From positions 1 to 34,716 of the forward strand of contig DATNBT010000447.1 in the NCBI GenBank assembly GCA_035571855.1: a DNA stretch of 34,716 bases. The letters are read 5' to 3'. Source of the stretch: Vicinamibacterales bacterium. GTDB taxonomy: Bacteria; Acidobacteriota; Vicinamibacteria; Vicinamibacterales; CAVVIG01. This document shows, one piece after another, positions 28,445 through 34,716 of the stretch. The position numbers and the translations under genes are program-made. The number at the start of each line of letters is the position of its first letter. The stretch's first letter is position 1. The notes below the pieces were generated by a model. That model worked only from the letters and a program-made list of their open reading frames with translations, was not told the DNA's origin and made no database searches.

Positions 28445-29460
28445 CGCAGGCGGAACTCGACGCCGACTTCGACGATGACGTCCACCGGCACGCCCAGACG
28501 TTCGGCGGGGGCGAATCGCCACTGCCGGACGGCGGCGATCGCGCGATCGTCGAGGCCGTAGCCGAGCCCGTGAAGCAGCTTCACCTCGCCGACGTTGCCG
28601 TCGCGCCTGACGACGACTTCGAGCACGACTTCGCCGGTGAGCGCGCGCTGCCGCGCGGTTTCGGTGTAGTCGGCTTTGACCTCCCGCAGCACGCGCGGCG
28701 GAGTGATGCCGCTGCCCGGACGATACGGACCGCCGCCGATGCCGCCGCCGGATCCGGGTCCGATGCCTGAGCCGTCGCCTTCGCCGATGCCGGTGTCCGC
28801 GCCTGTTCCCACGCCGCCGCCGCGGCCGGGTCCACGGCTGTCGACGTCGGCGCGCACCTCGGCGAGCAGGCCGGCGCGATCGCGGTCGTCGTTCGGCGCG
28901 CTGACGATCGGCGCGGCGACAGCGGGCAGCGGTTCGGCGTTCAGCACGCGCGGCCTGGGAAGCGGCGCGGGTGCCGGCGCCGGCGCGACGTCAACCGGTG
29001 TCGCGATCGGATCGCGTCCTTGTTTCTCTGCCCTGGGCGGTGGCGCTTTCTCGATCGCGCCGCCACCGCCTCCGCCGCCACCGGGTCCCGGCGTCGCGAG
29101 AAACACGAGGTGCATCTCGCGCGACTCGTCCACGACGTGTGTCGTCGCCGCGCTGGTGCCGAGGCCGAGGACGAAGACGATCGACGCGAGCAGCGCTGCG
29201 TGCAGCGAGCCGGACACTGCGAGAGGCACGCCGCGAACGCCGGCGGCGGTCTTCTCGGTCACGCGAGCGAACAGCGGAGCTTGAGCGGCGTGAGCGGCCG
29301 AGCGGCGTCGTGTGACGAGGAGTCGGCCCAGCCGGACCGCGTCGCGTGCCGACAGCAGGCCGTCAGAGCCGGCGCAGGCGCGGGCTTGAGACACGCTCAC
29401 GCCCGCCGCGCGGGCGACTTCGTCGAGCGAGTAGACGCCGCAGAGCGCGTCGGGCCGCAT
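28441..29460 (-). CDS. TonB-family energy transducer paralog with an N-terminal HTH-like cytoplasmic extension
   Basis: 339 aa. The C-terminus is a TonB_C domain (PPRVLREVKADYTETARQRALTGEVVLEVVVRRDGNVGEVKLL...DDRAIAAVRQWRFAPA). The TM segment carries an SxxxH motif (SGSLHAALL). Gly- and Pro-rich spacers are present (GGGGGGGG; APAPAPAPLP). The first ~50 aa (YSLDEVARAAGVSVSQAR) look like a helix-turn-helix. Confidence 0.8.
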   Translation of the reverse strand: MRPDALCGVYSLDEVARAAGVSVSQARACAGSDGLLSARDAVRLGRLLVTRRRSAAHAAQAPLFARVTEKTAAGVRGVPLAVSGSLHAALLASIVFVLGLGTSAATTHVVDESREMHLVFLATPGPGGGGGGGGAIEKAPPPRAEKQGRDPIATPVDVAPAPAPAPLPRPRVLNAEPLPAVAAPIVSAPNDDRDRAGLLAEVRADVDSRGPGRGGGVGTGADTGIGEGDGSGIGPGSGGGIGGGPYRPGSGITPPRVLREVKADYTETARQRALTGEVVLEVVVRRDGNVGEVKLLHGLGYGLDDRAIAAVRQWRFAPAERLGVPVDVIVEVGVEFRLR

Positions 29461-29561
29461 GTGAACCCTTCTGTCGAGGCAAAAGCCTTGCCTACAGGTT
29501 TTCGGCGGTTTTCGCCCTGAACTGGAGTCGCGCTGACGCCGACTGTGCTCGGCGCATTACA

Positions 29562-30107
29562 TCAGCGGGCGGCGGGTGTCCTCGGCTTGAGTCCCTCGAC
29601 GAAGACAAGTCCTTCGCGCTCGGCCAGCGTCCGGACGATGGAGAAGCCGTTCGCTCCCAGCAGCGTGTTGAGGGAGCCCGACAGCACGAGGTGCGAGACC
29701 GGAGGTGTGGAAACGATCCGCGTCAGTCCGGTCGGCTCGCCGGCGCCGAGCACGACAATCCGCCCGCCCGGACGAAGCACGCGCGCGGCCTCGCGCGTGA
29801 CGGCGGCGCGATCGTCTTCCGCGAGTGCTTCGAACATCGCGCCGGTGTCGTCGACGACGGCGAGATCGAATTCGCCGTCGCCGTACGGAAGCGTGCGGGC
29901 GTCGCTGAGGTCGGTATCGATGAGCACGCCGGCCCGCGCGGCGGCTTTGTTCACGCGGACCGCGGCCGCGGGGTCCGCGACCGCGGCAGTGGCGCGGCCC
30001 GACAGGCCGACTTTCGCGGCGATGGCGGCGACGCGTCCCGCGTGCGGCGCGCCGACGAAGATCACGCGATCGCCCAGTTTTACGCCCGTCATGCTGACGG
30101 CGAGCAT
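29562..30107 (-). CDS. Class I SAM-dependent methyltransferase-like protein
   Basis: GDRVIFVGAPHAG (degenerate motif I), LPYGDGEFDLAVV and VLRPGGRIVVLG are typical of Methyltransf_11-like proteins. I chose the start at ATG 30107; GTG at 30149 is also possible. The 302-aa track ORF would run antisense into the INO1 gene. Confidence 0.6.
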   Translation of the reverse strand: MLAVSMTGVKLGDRVIFVGAPHAGRVAAIAAKVGLSGRATAAVADPAAAVRVNKAAARAGVLIDTDLSDARTLPYGDGEFDLAVVDDTGAMFEALAEDDRAAVTREAARVLRPGGRIVVLGAGEPTGLTRIVSTPPVSHLVLSGSLNTLLGANGFSIVRTLAEREGLVFVEGLKPRTPAAR

Positions 30108-30202
30108 GTGCGGGTCGGCGCCGCGCCTCGCAAATGGATTAAAGGACACCGCCGCACAGTCTATTCGCGGCGACTTGAGACTGGCGACTGATGACTGGAG
30201 GC

Positions 30203-30211
30203 TGATATAGT
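30203..30211 (+). promoter_or_regulatory. Putative extended -10 element (TGATATAGT) upstream of the inositol-phosphate synthase gene
   Basis: It matches TGnTAnAnT and ends 8 nt before the GTG start at 30220. No SD lies in between. Confidence 0.3.
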
Positions 30212-30219
30212 TCGTATTT

Positions 30220-31533
<1,314 letters not shown>

Positions 31534-31564
31534 ATTTCAGCCGGTCCTGGTGGGCGCCCTGGTC

Positions 31565-31996
31565 ATGGGCGTCCTCTCGTCGCTGCCGCTCATCTCGGCC
31601 GGCAACATCTGCTGCTGTCTCTGGGTCATCAGCGGCGGCGTCGCCGCCGCGTACGCGCTCCAGCAGGGCCAGCCCAATCCCGTGACACCCGCCGACGGCG
31701 CCTTCGTCGGCTTTCTCGCAGGCCTCCTCGGCGCGGTGGTGTACTTCGTCATCGCGCTGCCGCTCGACCTCCTGATCGGCCCGATGGAGCGGGAGATGAT
31801 GCGTCGCTGGGTCGAGAACATGGGCGGCGCCGAGGGCTTCCGCGACTACGCCGATCGCGCCAATCTCATCACCGCACCGGTGCGCGCCTTCGTCGGCTTC
31901 GTCCTGATGCTGTTCCTGGGCGCCATCTTCTCGACGATCGGCGGCATCCTCGGCGCGCTGATGTTCAAGAAGCCGCCCGTACCGGCGCAGCCGTAG
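31565..31996 (+). CDS. Hypothetical small integral membrane protein
   Basis: About 4 hydrophobic segments, a Cys-rich motif NICCCLWVISGG and GC3-rich codons. The start is uncertain: TTG 31511 (overlapping the INO1 end), GTG 31550 or ATG 31565. Confidence 0.55.
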   Translation: MGVLSSLPLISAGNICCCLWVISGGVAAAYALQQGQPNPVTPADGAFVGFLAGLLGAVVYFVIALPLDLLIGPMEREMMRRWVENMGGAEGFRDYADRANLITAPVRAFVGFVLMLFLGAIFSTIGGILGALMFKKPPVPAQP

Positions 31997-32054
31997 ACGT
32001 ACACAGGGCTGCACGCCCTCGCATATCTATCGCCAGTCCGGCGTAGAACCGAAA

Positions 32055-33188
32055 ATGCTAGACGTGGACTGGGTGTCGCTCCCCCTCGCGCTCGTCTTCA
32101 GTGCCGCCGCGCAGGCGCAGCCTGCCCGGCCGCCGCAGGTGCCGCAGCCGCTGCCGCTCACGCAGCTCGACGAGCGGACGCTCTCGGCCGACCTCGATAA
32201 CCGGACGTTCTCGCTGACGTTCGCGCAGCCGGTCGCGCTGCAGGACGTCCTGCTGCTGCTCGTCCGCGGCACGTCCCTCAGCATCGTCCCCGACCCGTCG
32301 ATGAACGGGAAGTTCATCGGCGATCTGAAGAACGTCACCGTGCGCCAGGCGCTCGGCCTCATCCTCGAGCCGTTCGGCCTCGACTTCTCGGCCGACGGCG
32401 GTTTCATCCGCGTCTTCCGGCGTCAGCAGGAGACGCGGATCTACGACATCAGCTTTCTCGCGACCGAACGCGTCGGTACGAGCAGCGTCGGCAGCGACGC
32501 GACGCCGACGGCGAGCGGCGCCCGCGTGACGAGCTCGTCGAAAGGCGACGTGTTCGCCGACATCGCGAAGGGCATTCCGACGATTCTGTCCGACCGCGGC
32601 ACGTTCAACGTCGACCGGAAGGTCGGTCTCGTGCAGGTCACCGATTTCCGCGACCGGCTCGATCGCGTCGGCGTCTACCTCGACGCCGTGCAGGACCGCG
32701 TGCAGCGCCAGGTGCAGGTCGAAGCGCGCGTGCTCGAAGTGGAGCTGAACGACGAGAAGGCGGTCGCGCTCGACTGGTCGTCGCTCCGCACGGCGCGCGA
32801 CATGGACAAGGTGATGGCCGCCCTGAACGCGCAGGGCACGGTGAGGACGCTCGCGACGCCGCGGCTGTCGATGCTGAACAACGAACCCGGCATCGTGAAG
32901 ACCGATCCGATCACGCTGAGCGTGACGCCGCAGATTTCTCCGGACTCCATCATCACGCTCGCGCTCGCGCCGGTGCTGTCGGCGCCGCAGGCGCTCGCGT
33001 CCGACATGGTCGCGCGGGTCGCCGACGGCGAGACCGTCGTCATCGCCGGCCTCGGCCGCGATCAGGAGACGCGCGAGCGGAAGAACGTCGGCATCACCGG
33101 CGGCTGGTTCGGCCGCGCCACCGTGGTCACGAAGAAGCACGTCGAGCTCGTCGTCCTGCTGACGCCGAGAATCGTGCCGTTGCCGTAG
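32055..33188 (+). CDS. Compact secretin-family outer-membrane channel protein (MshL/PilQ/GspD-like)
   Basis: 377 aa. Signal peptide (LALVFSAAAQA), then an N-domain (VTVRQALGLILEPFGLDFSADGGFIRVF) and a secretin-N repeat (VTDFRDRLDRVGVYLDAVQDRVQRQVQVEARVLEVELN). The shortened secretin C-domain reads TLATPRLSMLNNEPGIV...LSVTPQISPDSIITL...VADGETVVIAGL...HVELVVLLTPRIV. Confidence 0.75.
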   Translation: MLDVDWVSLPLALVFSAAAQAQPARPPQVPQPLPLTQLDERTLSADLDNRTFSLTFAQPVALQDVLLLLVRGTSLSIVPDPSMNGKFIGDLKNVTVRQALGLILEPFGLDFSADGGFIRVFRRQQETRIYDISFLATERVGTSSVGSDATPTASGARVTSSSKGDVFADIAKGIPTILSDRGTFNVDRKVGLVQVTDFRDRLDRVGVYLDAVQDRVQRQVQVEARVLEVELNDEKAVALDWSSLRTARDMDKVMAALNAQGTVRTLATPRLSMLNNEPGIVKTDPITLSVTPQISPDSIITLALAPVLSAPQALASDMVARVADGETVVIAGLGRDQETRERKNVGITGGWFGRATVVTKKHVELVVLLTPRIVPLP

Positions 33189-33201
33189 CGGGCCAGCGAA
33201 C

Positions 33202-34596
33202 ATGTACGAACGCTATTACGGACTCACGGAGAAGCCGTTCAGCCTGACGCCCGATCCGAGGTTTCTCTACCGGAGCGCGTCGCACGCGAGCGCGTTCGAG
33301 CTGCTGCAGTACTCCATCCGCCGCCGCGAAGGCTTCGTCGTCGTCACCGGCGACATCGGCACGGGGAAGACGACGCTGTGCCGGGCGCTGCTCGAGGACA
33401 TCGATCGCAACACGTTCACGGCGCTGGTGCTCAATCCGTTCATGTCCGAAGAGGATCTGCTGAAGCGGATCCTGCAGGACTTCGGCGTCATCTCGCGCGA
33501 AGACGTCAAGCGCGGCGGACTGGCGCACGTCAGCAAGCAGGAGCTGATCGACACGCTCTACGAGTTTCTGCTCGGGTTGATTCCGCTGAAGGCGAGCGCC
33601 GTGCTCATCATCGACGAGGCGCAGAACCTGCCGATGTCGGTGCTCGAGCAGATCCGCATTCTCTCGAACCTGGAGACCGACAAGGAAAAGCTGCTGCAGA
33701 TCATCCTCGTCGGCCAGCTCAACCTGCTGCCGCTGCTGAAGTCGCCCGAGATGCGCCAGCTCGATCAGCGCGTGTCGCTGCGCTACCAGCTCGATCCGCT
33801 GGATGAAGAAGGCGTCGGCGCGTACATCTCGCACCGGCTGAGCGTGGCCGGAGGCGCCGGACGCGTGCGGTTCGCGTCGAAGGCCGTGCAGAGGATTCAC
33901 CGGATGTCGGGCGGCATTCCGCGCCTGATCAATCTCGTCTGCGATCGCGCGCTGCTGGCCGGGTTTGCCGAGCGGACGAACCGGATTTCCGCGTCGATGG
34001 TGGACGAAGCGGCTTTGAGCCTCGAGGTTCAGCAGTCGGAGAAGCCGTCGGGATTCCTGCACTGGTTCGCGCGCCGGGCGCAGCTGATGACCAGTGCGGC
34101 CGTCGTGCTCGCCGCGTGCTCGTTCGCCGTCGGACTGAGCGCATTCATGTACGAGCGCTATATGTCCATCACGCCGGCGTCCTCTTCCGCGCTTCGCGCT
34201 GCGGAGGACAGGCCGGCCGTCACACCGAAGCAGCCGGACGTGGTCTCGGCCGCGGCGGTGACGGTACCGGTGTCGATCGATCGCACGCTGCCCGCGGACG
34301 CCGCGTACACGATTCTCGTCGCCGCGTATCCGCTCGACGATCCGCAGTCCGCGCTCGACATTCGTTCGACGACGCAGTGGCTGGAGTCGGCGGGGCTGCA
34401 CGTCTATTACGCGCCGATTGACTCCGCGTCCGGCGGACACTCGCAGCGCGTGCTCGCCGGCGCGTATCCGGATGAGGCGGCCGCGCGCGCCGACGCCGCA
34501 CGGCTGAAGGCCGCCGCGCCGTCCCTCGATGCGCAGGTGGTTGCCGCGCATGCCGCCGGCGGCCCGGGCGCTGCACCGGCGACGGTGACGCCGTGA
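33202..34596 (+). CDS. ExeA/GspA/MshM-like AAA ATPase with a TM segment and a C-terminal SPOR domain
   Basis: 464 aa. The N-terminus is YYGLTEKPFSLTPDPRFLY. Walker A is VTGDIGTGKTTL and Walker B is VLIIDEAQNL. It also has HRLSVAG and GGIPRLINLVCDRAL, and a TM segment (AAVVLAACSFAVGLSAF). The SPOR-like end is YTILVAAYP...QRVLAGAYPDEAAARADAARLK. Confidence 0.85.
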   Translation: MYERYYGLTEKPFSLTPDPRFLYRSASHASAFELLQYSIRRREGFVVVTGDIGTGKTTLCRALLEDIDRNTFTALVLNPFMSEEDLLKRILQDFGVISREDVKRGGLAHVSKQELIDTLYEFLLGLIPLKASAVLIIDEAQNLPMSVLEQIRILSNLETDKEKLLQIILVGQLNLLPLLKSPEMRQLDQRVSLRYQLDPLDEEGVGAYISHRLSVAGGAGRVRFASKAVQRIHRMSGGIPRLINLVCDRALLAGFAERTNRISASMVDEAALSLEVQQSEKPSGFLHWFARRAQLMTSAAVVLAACSFAVGLSAFMYERYMSITPASSSALRAAEDRPAVTPKQPDVVSAAAVTVPVSIDRTLPADAAYTILVAAYPLDDPQSALDIRSTTQWLESAGLHVYYAPIDSASGGHSQRVLAGAYPDEAAARADAARLKAAAPSLDAQVVAAHAAGGPGAAPATVTP

Positions 34597-34716
34597 GCAC
34601 GATTTTCGACGCGCTTCGCAGGAACGCGCCGGGCCCGGACGACGACGCTGCAGGCGATTCGCACTCCGACGCGGTGCTCGCGACGCTCGGCTACGGGCGT
34701 CAGCGCCCCCGCCGCC
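34593..34716 (+). CDS. 5' end of a downstream CDS (partial); N-terminus resembles GspB/ExeB-type proteins
   Basis: The GTG at 34593 overlaps the ExeA-like TGA (GTGA). The frame is open to the window end and translates as VSTIFDALRRNAPGPDDD... The S-x-I-x-DAL-R/K N-terminus is what I recall for GspB/ExeB partners of ExeA. Only 41 codons are visible. Confidence 0.4.
   Translation, partial: MSTIFDALRRNAPGPDDDAAGDSHSDAVLATLGYGRQRPRR

Overview
GC-rich bacterial chromosomal window with strong GC3 bias, densely packed with about 33 protein-coding genes. I found no rRNA, tRNA, CRISPR array, transposase or integrase. The secreted VWA protein has an F-R-S-G-V-E-L-I N-terminus and a GY-F-A C-terminus, which suggests an Acidobacteriota-like organism; this is inference only.

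Housekeeping genes recognisable from motifs:
- glnS
- type III glutamine synthetase (glnN-type)
- ispG
- apaG
- quinone oxidoreductase
- myo-inositol-1-phosphate synthase
- a ParC/ParE-like type IIA topoisomerase

Most interesting loci:
1. A minus-strand chain runs topoisomerase A subunit, then an NYN-nuclease/2xOST-HTH protein, then topoisomerase B subunit. The gaps are 9 nt and 3 nt. A GGDEF cyclase and a single-domain asparaginase-like gene follow. Upstream lies a G-quadruplex/inverted 9-mer repeat block that overlaps an extended -10 promoter.
2. Three genes are linked by ATGA overlaps: a TonB paralog with an HTH-like N-terminal extension, a 2TM protein with a DUF3426-like domain, and a secreted VWA protein. 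They run straight into a tightly coupled ZIP transporter and an MbfA-type ferritin-VIT1 gene.
3. A compact secretin is followed by an ExeA-like AAA ATPase carrying a SPOR domain, then the start of a GspB/ExeB-like gene at the window edge.

Other observations include several small repeat, palindrome and terminator elements, and a recurring short-leader promoter geometry. The many long alternative-frame and antisense ORFs in the track are treated as GC-bias artefacts.
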